IMG/VR virus record: IMGVR_UViG_3300031965_000040
Span: 1 to 54,217 of that record
Direction: 5' to 3' (one strand)
DNA from: a virus
Lineage: Duplodnaviria; Caudoviricetes
Length of the DNA: 54,217 nt
Part shown: one piece after another, positions 8,797-17,881 of the stretch
Layout of the letters: every line of letters starts with the position of its first letter
Position numbering within the stretch: position 1 is the stretch's first letter
Notes under the pieces: generated by a model
Told to the model about the DNA's origin: nothing
What the model saw: only the letters and a program-made list of their open reading frames with translations
The model's database searches: none
Position numbers and translations under genes: made by a program

Positions 8797-10064
8797 TGCG
8801 CGTCTACTTCCTATGTTTGCTCTACTTGCTGGCGTCGTCCGCGCACGCGCAGATTGCACAAGTCGAAGCGGGGGCGCTCACTCACTTCGACGCGGACACG
8901 GGTGAAGTCCCTAACGTCAGCACGCCGACGAGCGGCAATCTCATCATGGTCGTATCCAATGCCGATGACGATGACGCTACTTTTACGGTCGCAGAGACCG
9001 GATTCAACGACGACATCGTAAGCGTCGGCACGCTGGCCACTGCTTCTAGTGGTCTTATAGCTACAAAGATTTCGGATGAAACCGAAGCGGCAAATCTGAC
9101 GGTTAACGCGACCGGCAACGCCGTTGCGGACATGAACGGCCAGACTTTTGAGCTTAGCGGTATCAACACCACGACGCCGATAGGCGACACGCAAGACTGC
9201 GGGAACGTGCAGAATGTAGCGCCGTATCCGGCTATGGATTGCTCGGTCACGGTCGCGGAAGGGGACTGGTGCTACAACTTCTTCCACAAGGAAGGCGGCG
9301 GCACGACTTTTACCGGCCCGCCGGCTGGGTGGACGCTAGTTATCGACCCCGAAGACGTGATTATGTCTACGAACGAGAAAATGGGTCTCGCTCGTCGTGA
9401 CAGCACCTCAGCAGGCACGTGTACTTTCCCCGCAGGAGGCTGGGAATCCAATTTCACGGGCACCGATTGGCGGGGCGCTACGTTCGTTGTTCAGATTGCA
9501 TCGGCAGCCGGCGAGTTCGACGTAACGCCCGCGGTCGCCTCTCAGACGGCCACGGCGTACACGATAGACGGCTCTCTCGATGCGGCCGGCACCGTGGATA
9601 TGGTGGCCTGCCCGAAGGATCAAACGGCCCCTACGATCGCTCAGGTGCAGGCTGGGGACTGCACAGGCGATGTAGCGGCGATGGCGACGGCCACGGCTTC
9701 TCCAGCTATGACGCCGTTCGACTTCTCCGAAGTGCTGACGCTCGCCAATGGATTTCGTATCGCCGATCTGTACATCACGGACGGCACGAACCTAACGACG
9801 CTGGCCGATGAGGAACTGGACTGCCCTGCCTCATCGAACTGTGTGACGCTTTCCGGCGCACCGATGACGGACCCGTTGCAGCTCACGGACTGCACGACCG
9901 GCGATCTCGTGCGCATTGACTCGCTGACGACGCCTGATGGTTTTGCGACGAACATCGAGACCGACGGCAGTATTCAGTATTTCGCTGGCGGTGACGAATC
10001 TCGGCAGTTCATGGACGGCGACTGCTACGACGTGAGTGCAGAGGCGCTAGACCTGTATGACTAG
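8796..10064 (+). CDS. Signal-peptide-bearing acidic beta-rich protein (fibre/decoration-like)
   Basis: MRVYFLCLLYLLASSAHA|Q; Thr/Asp/Gly-rich; 10 Cys in the mature part. Confidence 0.7.
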   Translation: MRVYFLCLLYLLASSAHAQIAQVEAGALTHFDADTGEVPNVSTPTSGNLIMVVSNADDDDATFTVAETGFNDDIVSVGTLATASSGLIATKISDETEAANLTVNATGNAVADMNGQTFELSGINTTTPIGDTQDCGNVQNVAPYPAMDCSVTVAEGDWCYNFFHKEGGGTTFTGPPAGWTLVIDPEDVIMSTNEKMGLARRDSTSAGTCTFPAGGWESNFTGTDWRGATFVVQIASAAGEFDVTPAVASQTATAYTIDGSLDAAGTVDMVACPKDQTAPTIAQVQAGDCTGDVAAMATATASPAMTPFDFSEVLTLANGFRIADLYITDGTNLTTLADEELDCPASSNCVTLSGAPMTDPLQLTDCTTGDLVRIDSLTTPDGFATNIETDGSIQYFAGGDESRQFMDGDCYDVSAEALDLYD

Positions 10065-10674
10065 GCGCTTTCTGTGGGGCGTTTGCATCGGGTTTTTCGC
10101 GAGTAAAGCCCTTGCCACGTTCGTATTCAACAACGGCGTGCCGTTCGTCCCTGACGAGTGGCCGCTGTCTCCAGGTGAGGACGCACTTTACCAGGACGGA
10201 ACAGCATGGATGCTCGACACCGACACGGGCAATCTGTCCATTGGCGGTGTCGGGGATGATTTCGTATCGGCCGATCACGTCACCGATCCAGAGTCCGATG
10301 ACCTGACGTGGAGCGAGGATTCTGGAGCGATCCCAGACGGTACTTGTGGTACGCACACGTTCACGTTGCGGGCCGAAGATCCCTACGGTGACGGTGTCGA
10401 TCTATCGAGTGAAGTCTTGATAGGTGAGGTCGTCCCTGATGTCGAGGATGTTGCCGAAGCGACTGCGGTATCTACGATAGAGGCGCTGTGCAGTCTTACA
10501 ACCGTAGACGGCGGGGATATTTGCTCAGTGCTTGCGGAGGGGAACGTGGCCAGGACTTCACCCGTTATCGGGACTTTGGTCGAGGCGGATGCGGCGATCA
10601 CGTACTTTCTGAGCAGCGGGCAGTTGTGTGGTGGCGGCGGTCTATTGATTGACGTAGGAGTACGAATCCAATGA
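10057..10674 (+). CDS. Exported protein with an Ig/cadherin-like segment and a C-terminal PASTA-like domain
   Basis: MTRRFLWGVCIGFFASKALA| signal; VTDPESDDLTW..GTHTFTLRAED; VVPDVED..EATA...GNVARTSP..GTLV.....ITYFLSSG. Confidence 0.65.
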   Translation: MTRRFLWGVCIGFFASKALATFVFNNGVPFVPDEWPLSPGEDALYQDGTAWMLDTDTGNLSIGGVGDDFVSADHVTDPESDDLTWSEDSGAIPDGTCGTHTFTLRAEDPYGDGVDLSSEVLIGEVVPDVEDVAEATAVSTIEALCSLTTVDGGDICSVLAEGNVARTSPVIGTLVEADAAITYFLSSGQLCGGGGLLIDVGVRIQ

Positions 10675-11096
10675 AACGGCTAGCAGCATTGGCGCTTTTG
10701 ATCCTGTTGGGGATCGTGACGGACCAGCCGGAAGTGGCGCAGGCCGCGTGTCAGACGCAATCGGTCTCCGTTCTCGGCAGCCATGTCACTTACGAGAACT
10801 CCTGCACGGAGAACGACGAGGAGATCATCGTTACTGGCGACTTGAGCGTTTACGACGTGTGCTCGATCGTGAGCACGACCGGCGCGGTTGATCTGCTGGT
10901 GTCTCTGGACGGCGAAGTTACCTATACGACGGTCGCTATGTCGTTCCTCGACAAAGGCGCGGTCGATACGGTGCCGGTGAACGTGACTGCGGCGGGTACG
11001 CTCTATGCGTTCCCCGTGGTGTTCACGCATCTCAAGGTCCTGCAGAACGGTGCGACCGATGCCGCTGTGATTTTGCGCTGCAGCGATCTCTATTGA
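10671..11096 (+). CDS. Small signal-peptide-bearing beta-sandwich protein (spike-base/decoration-like)
   Basis: MKRLAALALLILLGIV..AQA|; VDLLVSLDG motif; 4 Cys. Confidence 0.65.
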   Translation: MKRLAALALLILLGIVTDQPEVAQAACQTQSVSVLGSHVTYENSCTENDEEIIVTGDLSVYDVCSIVSTTGAVDLLVSLDGEVTYTTVAMSFLDKGAVDTVPVNVTAAGTLYAFPVVFTHLKVLQNGATDAAVILRCSDLY

Positions 11097-11179
11097 TTTT
11101 TTCCATGCCGGCCTGGGTTTGACCGGAAGCGCCCCACAAGCAGTCAGCAACAAGCAGGGGCTAACGTAGGAGTATTGAG

Positions 11180-12199
11180 ATGTACGACGAGACTTTTATC
11201 AGCTTGCATGGACGGTTGTTCGGTATCACGCCTGATGGTCTTCCGGTCGCGAACGGTCGGATCATGTTTCCCGCGCCGGGTACTGGGCGGGGACGGCTGA
11301 TCTTTTGCGATCCGGCGAATGGCAGCGACGGTAGGAAGGCGTACACGCCGGGGACGGCCGTGGCAACACTGGGGGATGCACACGATTTGGCGACAGCCGG
11401 CGAGAACGATGTTGTCGTGCTGATCGGCGATGGCGGGACGACGGCGACGGCGCGAGTCGAGGAAACGCTCGTGTGGAGCAAGAATGCCACGCACTTGATG
11501 GCGATTACGGCGCCGACGTGGGAAGCGCAGAGAGCGCGAATCTCGCATCTGACGACAGCTACATTGAACATCAATCCGCTCATGCAGGTGACTGCCTCGG
11601 GCTGTTTCTTCGGCGGGTTTTCGTTCTTCCAGGGTGTTGGTGAAGCCGCTACCGATGAGGAGTTGCTGGAGGTCACCGGGGATCGGAACTACTTCTACAA
11701 CATCCATTTTGGCGGTATGGGCCATGCGAATGGCGCTGCGCGAGCTGGGAGCTACCTGATCCAGCTCACCGATGGAGACGAGAATACGTTCGAGCGTTGC
11801 GCGGTTGGTCTCGAGACGAAACAGCGCGGCGCGGCGAACGCCAGCGTCCGAGTTCGAAGCGGGTCTCAGCGTAATCGGTTCCTCGACTGCGAGTTCCCGA
11901 TGGCGGCGAGCGAGACAACCCCGTTGTGGGTGGATGCGGACGCCGACAATGCCTTGAATGGCTCGACGTTGATCTTCCGGCGCTGCTTCTTCCGCAATTT
12001 GCTGAACATCAGCGGAGCGGCGACTCCTGCAGTTGTCGCGACTTACCACGCGCAGGTCAATGGCACGATCTATTTCGTGGATTGTGTCGCTGCGGCTACG
12101 AAGTGGGCGGCCGCGGGCACGGAGGTTCAGGTCGGCGGAAACTCCGCGCTTCCGGAAGGTTTCAACACAGGTCTTACGGACCAGGCGCGCGACTCGTAG
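11180..12199 (+). CDS. Parallel beta-helix protein, probable head fibre (no signal peptide)
   Basis: IFCDPANGSDG...P..AVATL..A....AGENDVVVL cap motif followed by N.F..C beta-helix repeats; AGGAG SD. Confidence 0.7.
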   Translation: MYDETFISLHGRLFGITPDGLPVANGRIMFPAPGTGRGRLIFCDPANGSDGRKAYTPGTAVATLGDAHDLATAGENDVVVLIGDGGTTATARVEETLVWSKNATHLMAITAPTWEAQRARISHLTTATLNINPLMQVTASGCFFGGFSFFQGVGEAATDEELLEVTGDRNYFYNIHFGGMGHANGAARAGSYLIQLTDGDENTFERCAVGLETKQRGAANASVRVRSGSQRNRFLDCEFPMAASETTPLWVDADADNALNGSTLIFRRCFFRNLLNISGAATPAVVATYHAQVNGTIYFVDCVAAATKWAAAGTEVQVGGNSALPEGFNTGLTDQARDS

Positions 12200-12212
12200 T
12201 TTTCTGGGTAGT

Positions 12213-12240
12213 AGGGCCGGCTTTCGGGCCGGCTCTTTTT
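12213..12240 (+). terminator. Intrinsic terminator
   Basis: AGGGCCGGCT-TTCG-GGCCGGCTCT followed by T-run. Confidence 0.8.
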
Positions 12241-12252
12241 GCGGAGGGAAGC

Positions 12253-12651
12253 ATGTTCGAAATTCTGCCAGGAGAAATCACCGATCCGGATTGGCGTGGT
12301 GGGCGGTGTAGCGGCTGCGGCCGCCCGCTGGGCGAGGGCTTCAATCGTTGCAGCCAGTATGCTGAAGAAGGCCTACCGTCCAAGCCGCATCTGACGATGG
12401 AATCTGTGTCGGTGGAGCAGAAAACCCGGTACTTCACGGATCGGGCCTGGAGCAACGCGACGCAGGAGCTGCCCCTGCTGGATGCGATCGAGTGGCTGGC
12501 CGCGCCTCGGGTCGAGCTCGGTGGCGCGACGCCCGTGTCGCTGCTCAGGGCCGGTCAGGGTGGCTCAGTGTTGCAGCTTCAGTACGCGGAATGGCCGCGG
12601 CTGGCGGCGATCGAGGCCGGCGTTCAAAACCGCATGGCGAGCTTCGCATGA
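12253..12651 (+). CDS. Protein with a CxxC motif and an Xre/MbcA/ParS-type (DUF2384-like) antitoxin C-terminal domain
   Basis: AIEWLAAPRVELGGATPVSLL fits the W..P...LGG.TP..LL signature; GGAGG SD before ATG 12253. Confidence 0.55.
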   Translation: MFEILPGEITDPDWRGGRCSGCGRPLGEGFNRCSQYAEEGLPSKPHLTMESVSVEQKTRYFTDRAWSNATQELPLLDAIEWLAAPRVELGGATPVSLLRAGQGGSVLQLQYAEWPRLAAIEAGVQNRMASFA

Positions 12652-13070
12652 AAATCCAGTGGACCGGCGAGAATTTCGACGACGTGAAGCGCTTGCTGGA
12701 TCACCACGCCTGCCAGGTGCGTGATGACTCGGGTGTCTTGCGTATTACGGGAATTGGCGATCTCGATACCCGAGTCGAGCTTGGCGAGACGATCGAGGTT
12801 CGGCTGCGGGGCGGCGGCTTGTTCGATGGCATCGGGATCCACCGTACACCTTACGAGGGGCCAGAGCCTGAGATCATCTGGGACGGCACCAATGCCGGGG
12901 CCATTGCGGCGTTTGTCGAGAAGCACGATGTTGACGTGAGCGTGATCGGCGACGATCTGTTTCTCGGCCACCAGAACGAGAAAACCCTCGTGCATCGCGG
13001 AGATAAGCTGCTGATCCGCGATGGGCGGTATCTCTGCTGCTCGAGGGCGGGGAAGGATCATCGGGTTTGA
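12648..13070 (+). CDS. Hypothetical protein with an internally duplicated WTGEN/WDGTN domain
   Basis: IQWTGENFDDV...GETI and IIWDGTNAGAI...GDKL halves; ATGA overlap. Confidence 0.65.
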   Translation: MKIQWTGENFDDVKRLLDHHACQVRDDSGVLRITGIGDLDTRVELGETIEVRLRGGGLFDGIGIHRTPYEGPEPEIIWDGTNAGAIAAFVEKHDVDVSVIGDDLFLGHQNEKTLVHRGDKLLIRDGRYLCCSRAGKDHRV

Positions 13071-13081
13071 GGAATTCGACT

Positions 13082-13477
13082 ATGAAGCGCAGAACCTTTA
13101 TCCAAAGCGTTGTTTCGGCCATTGGGCTGTCGAGCGTGTTTCGTCCTGCGGAGGCTCGTCTACACGACGAGGAAATCGTTGCCGGTGACGAGGATAAGTG
13201 GCGCAGCGTCTATGACGTTGAATCCACTCTGAAGTACCTGCCAAAAGACGCAAGATTCTTTGCGTGGACTGATCTGGATGGACAGCACCATTGCCATGTT
13301 GTGACGGAACTGCCAAGTCGAGTGTATTGGGAGGATCAATCTAGTTCAGACGGTAACCGTGTCAGCCTTGATCAATTCACGCATCGCACGCTCAAGATAG
13401 CTGATCTACTCTATCTGCGTGCGGTCGATAGGCTATTTCCGCTCATGCAGGCGCCGACGGCCTTCCCATGGCAATGA
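13082..13477 (+). CDS. Hypothetical protein with a twin-arginine (Tat)-type signal
   Basis: MKRRTFIQSVVSAIGLSSVFRPAEA|; GAGG SD. Confidence 0.6.
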   Translation: MKRRTFIQSVVSAIGLSSVFRPAEARLHDEEIVAGDEDKWRSVYDVESTLKYLPKDARFFAWTDLDGQHHCHVVTELPSRVYWEDQSSSDGNRVSLDQFTHRTLKIADLLYLRAVDRLFPLMQAPTAFPWQ

Positions 13478-14085
13478 AAGATCTACGCCGAGGCGGCACC
13501 GTGAGCAAGGGGCTTACGGTCAAGCATAAGCGTTTCGTCGAGGAATACATGATCGACAAGAACGCGACTCAAGCGGCGCTACGTGCCGGCTACAGCAAGA
13601 AAACTGCCCACGCGATCGGGCACGAGCTTCTGAGCAAGCCTCACGTTGCAGCCGCGATCGAGGCCGGTCTAGCGAGCTTGGCCAAGAAATCCGGGATCAC
13701 TGCCGAGCGCGTCATCGCGGAGCTTGCGAAGCTCGGCTTTGCCGACATCCGCAAGATCTTCACGCCCGATGGAGATCTCATGGAAATCACCGATCTCGAT
13801 GACGATACTGCCGGCGCCGTGGTGTCCGTCGAGGTGCAGACCCGGCCGGGCAACGAAGATGACGACGGCAATCGACCGGTTGAGCATGTGCACAAGATCC
13901 GGCTCGCCGACAAGCGGGCGGCGCTCGTGGACTTGGGCAAGCACCTTGGGCTTTGGCCGAATAGGTTGGAGCATACCGGGAGGGATGGCGGGCCTGTTCA
14001 GATTGAGGACATGACACCGCTTGAGCGTGCACGTCGCGTCGCGTTCATGCTGGTCTCGGGGGAGCATGGGACTCAGTCCGAATGA
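13468..14085 (+). CDS. terS: Terminase small subunit
   Basis: KHKRFVEEYMIDKNATQAALRAGYSKKTA...LLSKP; DKRAALVDLGKHLGLW; EHTGRDGGPV. Confidence 0.93.
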   Translation: MAMKDLRRGGTVSKGLTVKHKRFVEEYMIDKNATQAALRAGYSKKTAHAIGHELLSKPHVAAAIEAGLASLAKKSGITAERVIAELAKLGFADIRKIFTPDGDLMEITDLDDDTAGAVVSVEVQTRPGNEDDDGNRPVEHVHKIRLADKRAALVDLGKHLGLWPNRLEHTGRDGGPVQIEDMTPLERARRVAFMLVSGEHGTQSE

Positions 14086-15661
14086 TCTTGACAGCCTGAT
14101 CGAAAGGCTTGCGGGACTTCCGCCAGATCAACTCAAGAACCTAGACGACGAGATTCGCGAGGGCACGTCGCATCTCAAGTGGGTGCCGAATCCTGGTCCG
14201 CAGACGGACGGGTATTTTTCGCTGGCCGATGTGGTGCTATTCGGGGGCGAGCCTGGTGGCGGCAAGTCGAGCCTTTTGCTCGGGCTCGCGTTCACGCAAC
14301 ACGAACGATCGCTCATTATGCGTCGTCAGTACGGGGATCTTGAACGGCTCATCGAGGACGCTCTAAAGATCCACGGATCAAGGAACGGGTTCAATGGAGC
14401 GCCGCCGCCTAAGCTCAGGATCAACGATAGGCAGAGCATAAACTTCGTCGCTGCTCACCGTGTCGGGGATGAGCATGGCCAAATGGGCAGGGGGCACGAT
14501 TTTATTGGATTTGATGAGGCGACTCACTTCGCCGAGAGTCAGATCCGTTTCGTGATGGGCTGGCTCAGAACCGAGACCGAGGGGCAGAGATGCCGGGTTG
14601 TGATGGCCACCAACCCGCCCGTGAGGCCGGAAGGTCTTTGGGTCATGAAGATGTTCGCGCCCTGGCTCGATCCACGGTACGAGAATCCGGCTAAGCATGG
14701 CGAGTTGAGATGGGTCATTTCTGACGATGATGGGGATGATCTTTGGGTAGCCGGACCTGACGACGCGAGAGAGGTCATGGTCGGCGGTCGGATGAAGCTG
14801 GTTCAGCCGACGTCTAGAACCTACATTCCATCGAAGGTATCGGACAACCCGTTTTATGCCGCGACCGACTATGAGCGGCAACTGGACTCGATGCAGGAGC
14901 CGTGGCGCTCGCTGTTGCTGGGCGGGTTCAGGACGGCTTTTGAGGACGACGTAGATCAGGTCATTCCTACGGCGTGGATTCAGGAAGCGCAAAAGCGCTG
15001 GACGGCCAATTCCCCGGCAAGCGTGCCTCAGTGTGCGATCGGTGTCGACGGGGCCCGGGTGAATGACGACTACGCCATTGCGCCGAGATATGACGGCTGG
15101 TACGCGCCGATCGTCTCGGGTCCTGGGAGAGATACGCCGCATGGCCGGGATCTCGCCGTGCTGGTCATCAAGCACCGGCGCAACAACTCGGTGCCGGTGA
15201 TCGACGTTCTCGAAAGTGTCGGGGCTCAGGCTTACGCACATCTCGAGGACAACGAGATCAAGTGTCACGCGTACCGCGGGAACGACAAGAGCGTTCGCAG
15301 GACGGCCGAGAAGCAACTGGGGTTTTTCAACAAGCGGGCCGAGGCGTACTGGCGATTCAGGGAAGCGCTGGATCCGGAGCAAGACGGGGGAAGCCCGATC
15401 ATGTTGCCGGACGATCCGGAGCTCGTGGCGGATCTTACGGCGCCGACGTGGGAGCTGAGTCCGAACGGAATCAAGATTCTGACCAAGGAGAAGGTCGTCG
15501 ATAAGCTCGGCCGATCGCCGAACAAGGGTGATGCCGTGGTCATGGCGTGGACTGATGGGGCAAAGATGCCTAGTCACTATCACGAATGGCGGCGGCAGAA
15601 TAGTAATCCGCAAGTGAATTTGGGGCGAATGGGAAAGAGGAGTAAGCGATGGCGGCATTAG
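14066..15661 (+). CDS. terL: Terminase large subunit
   Basis: PNPGPQ, GGEPGGGKS Walker A, FDEATHF Walker B, ATNPP, GVD nuclease motif, LGRSPNKGDAVV. Confidence 0.93.
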   Translation: MGLSPNDLDSLIERLAGLPPDQLKNLDDEIREGTSHLKWVPNPGPQTDGYFSLADVVLFGGEPGGGKSSLLLGLAFTQHERSLIMRRQYGDLERLIEDALKIHGSRNGFNGAPPPKLRINDRQSINFVAAHRVGDEHGQMGRGHDFIGFDEATHFAESQIRFVMGWLRTETEGQRCRVVMATNPPVRPEGLWVMKMFAPWLDPRYENPAKHGELRWVISDDDGDDLWVAGPDDAREVMVGGRMKLVQPTSRTYIPSKVSDNPFYAATDYERQLDSMQEPWRSLLLGGFRTAFEDDVDQVIPTAWIQEAQKRWTANSPASVPQCAIGVDGARVNDDYAIAPRYDGWYAPIVSGPGRDTPHGRDLAVLVIKHRRNNSVPVIDVLESVGAQAYAHLEDNEIKCHAYRGNDKSVRRTAEKQLGFFNKRAEAYWRFREALDPEQDGGSPIMLPDDPELVADLTAPTWELSPNGIKILTKEKVVDKLGRSPNKGDAVVMAWTDGAKMPSHYHEWRRQNSNPQVNLGRMGKRSKRWRH

Positions 15662-15948
15662 CACCTCTAGCTTCAGCTTTGATGCCGGCGACCGTATTGG
15701 GCAAGGTGGCCCTAGCCGGAGCTGGGCTGGCTGCCGGAAAGGCGGCGCATGACGTAGCCAAGACCACGCGAGCCGCTAAGCGAGCAGCCGATGTGCAAGC
15801 TGCAACCGGCCAGGACGCGCCGCTCATGCAGCCGGACATCGAGTCGATTCGGTTGGCCAGGAGACGCTCTGAGGCGGCTCGTGTGGGCTCAGGCCGAGCC
15901 TCGACGATTCTCACTGGTGGCGGTGGCGGGACGCTGGGGCCTGGCTAG
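15649..15948 (+). CDS. Small virion-associated protein preceding the portal
   Basis: SGRASTILTG...TLG C-terminus, typical of the gene before the portal in T7/BPP-1-like phages. Confidence 0.65.
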   Translation: MAALAPLASALMPATVLGKVALAGAGLAAGKAAHDVAKTTRAAKRAADVQAATGQDAPLMQPDIESIRLARRRSEAARVGSGRASTILTGGGGGTLGPG

Positions 15949-17580
15949 GTGGATTCTCGCATCAATTCCCTGATCACCAGGGGAGATAAGCTGTTCGGCG
16001 ACAAGTCGACGCTGGACACTTTGCACCAAGAGATCGCCGACAACTTCTACGTCGAGAGAGCCACGTTCACGCGCGTCCACGATGTGGGCGAGGAGTTCGC
16101 CGCGCATCTCTATACCAGCTATCCGCCGCTGGTTCATCGGGAGCTGTCGGATGCCATAGGCGGTATGCTGCGACCGCGGAGCATGCCGTGGTTCGAGATG
16201 GTGGCCGAGGAGCAGGACAAGCTCGGGCTCGAGGCAAAGGAATGGCTGCAGTGGGCTACGGGGGTTCAGAGACGCGCGATGTACGATCGCGGTGCTCAGT
16301 TCTCGAGAGCGACGAAGCAGGGCGATCGGGATTTTTCGGCGTTCGGGCAATGCGTCGTCCAGAGGATGATGAACTGGCGCGATTCCAGGCTCTTGTACCG
16401 GACTTGGCATCTCAAAGACGTTGCTTGGTCTGAAGGGTCCGATGGTGCGATCAGCGAGATTCATCGGCGCTGGAAGCCGATGGCGTCTCAGATCGTCGGC
16501 ATGTTCCCGGCCGCGGCTCATGAGAAGGTCAGGCAATGCCTGGTCAAGGAGCCGTTCAAGAAGATCACATGCCGGGCTGTCGTTCTCAAGGCCGAGGACT
16601 ACGAGAGTCCGGTCGGGAAGAAGTTTCGAACGCCGTGGGTGCAGCTCTACATCGACGTCGAGAACAAGCACGTCATGGAGGAGGTTGGAACGCACTCTCA
16701 TGGCTATACGATTCCGCGCTGGGTGACGCCTGGAGATGCTCAATACGCGTATTCGCCCGCAACGATTATCGGTTTGCCCGAGGCCAGGTTGATCCAGGCC
16801 ATGACCTTGACCTTGCTCGAGGCTGGGGAAATGGCGGTCAGGCCGCCTCTGATCGCTACTCAGGACGCGATTCGCGAGGACGTGAACTGGTATCCCGGGG
16901 GCATTACCTGGGCTGACGTCGAGTACGACGAGCGCAAGGGCGATGTTCTGCGGACCATCAGTCAGGACAAGTCCGGTCTCCCGTTCGGGATGGACTTTGC
17001 GGCTGAAAGCAAATCCATGCTGGCGGCCATTTTCTACCTGAACAAGCTCAACATGCCGCTGGGTCAGGGTAGGGATCGAACGGCGTATGAGGTCGGGCAG
17101 ATGGTGCAGGAGTACATCCGTCAGGCTTTGCCGTTGTTCGAGCCGATCGAGGACGAATACAACGCGCCGATCTGCGAGGACGCGTTCGAAGGGTTGCTTA
17201 GGTCCGGGACTTTTGGCGCACCGCACAACATGCCTCGGGAGCTGACGGACGGCAGGGAGATACGGTTCCGGTTCGAAAGCCCGCTGCACGATGCTGTTGA
17301 GCGCAAGAAGGCGATCACGTTCTTGGAGATGAAGAACCTGATCATGGAGGCTGTCGAGCTCGATCCGGATGTGGCGCATATCCCGAAGGCGACGGTTGCT
17401 ATTCGTGAAGCCATTGAGGGGTTGAGCACGCCGATGGCATGGCTTCGTGACGAGGACGAGGCTTCAGAATTGGCCGAGGCTGCGAATCAGAAGCGGGCAA
17501 TGGCCGAGACCGCGGCCATAGCTGGAGAAGCGGCCACGGCTGCAGAGCAAATGGGCAAGGCGAGTCAGGCATTGCAATAG
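15949..17580 (+). CDS. Portal (head-to-tail connector)
   Basis: 543 aa; PWF, IPRW...YAYSPA...LP, RPPL, TAYEV motifs of T7-type connectors; position after terL. Confidence 0.9.
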   Translation: MDSRINSLITRGDKLFGDKSTLDTLHQEIADNFYVERATFTRVHDVGEEFAAHLYTSYPPLVHRELSDAIGGMLRPRSMPWFEMVAEEQDKLGLEAKEWLQWATGVQRRAMYDRGAQFSRATKQGDRDFSAFGQCVVQRMMNWRDSRLLYRTWHLKDVAWSEGSDGAISEIHRRWKPMASQIVGMFPAAAHEKVRQCLVKEPFKKITCRAVVLKAEDYESPVGKKFRTPWVQLYIDVENKHVMEEVGTHSHGYTIPRWVTPGDAQYAYSPATIIGLPEARLIQAMTLTLLEAGEMAVRPPLIATQDAIREDVNWYPGGITWADVEYDERKGDVLRTISQDKSGLPFGMDFAAESKSMLAAIFYLNKLNMPLGQGRDRTAYEVGQMVQEYIRQALPLFEPIEDEYNAPICEDAFEGLLRSGTFGAPHNMPRELTDGREIRFRFESPLHDAVERKKAITFLEMKNLIMEAVELDPDVAHIPKATVAIREAIEGLSTPMAWLRDEDEASELAEAANQKRAMAETAAIAGEAATAAEQMGKASQALQ

Positions 17581-17590
17581 GAGCAGATTC

Positions 17591-17881
17591 ATGGCGAATA
17601 AACCAGCCGCAAAGGTTTCGAAAGAAGCGGCAAAGGAATCACCCAAGGCGTTGTACGAGGTCATGGTCAACGGTGGCAATGATCCGTCTACAACGATCTC
17701 GTCTCTAGATGAGCTTGGGGAGATTGCCGAGCGCAAGCTCGTCGACGATCAGGAGCATATGGTCCAGCTTCGCGTGAAGCCGATCATGGTGCCGGGTAAG
17801 TTCGCGGCAGAGCGTGCGGATGGGGTCAAAATGAAGCTGAGCCCGGTCCAGCAGAAACGTGTTGAAAAAGCGGCGCGTTGA
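17591..17881 (+). CDS. Hypothetical protein
   Basis: GGAG SD, in operon. Confidence 0.65.
   Translation: MANKPAAKVSKEAAKESPKALYEVMVNGGNDPSTTISSLDELGEIAERKLVDDQEHMVQLRVKPIMVPGKFAAERADGVKMKLSPVQQKRVEKAAR

Noticed and set aside
10040-10070. Programmed frameshift fusing the 8796 and 10057 genes
   Set aside because: No slippery heptamer at the overlap, and the downstream gene has its own GAGG SD and signal-like N-terminus
14378-17379. Long minus-strand ORFs (428 and 496 aa)
   Set aside because: Antisense shadows of terL and portal in GC-rich DNA with no recognisable motifs
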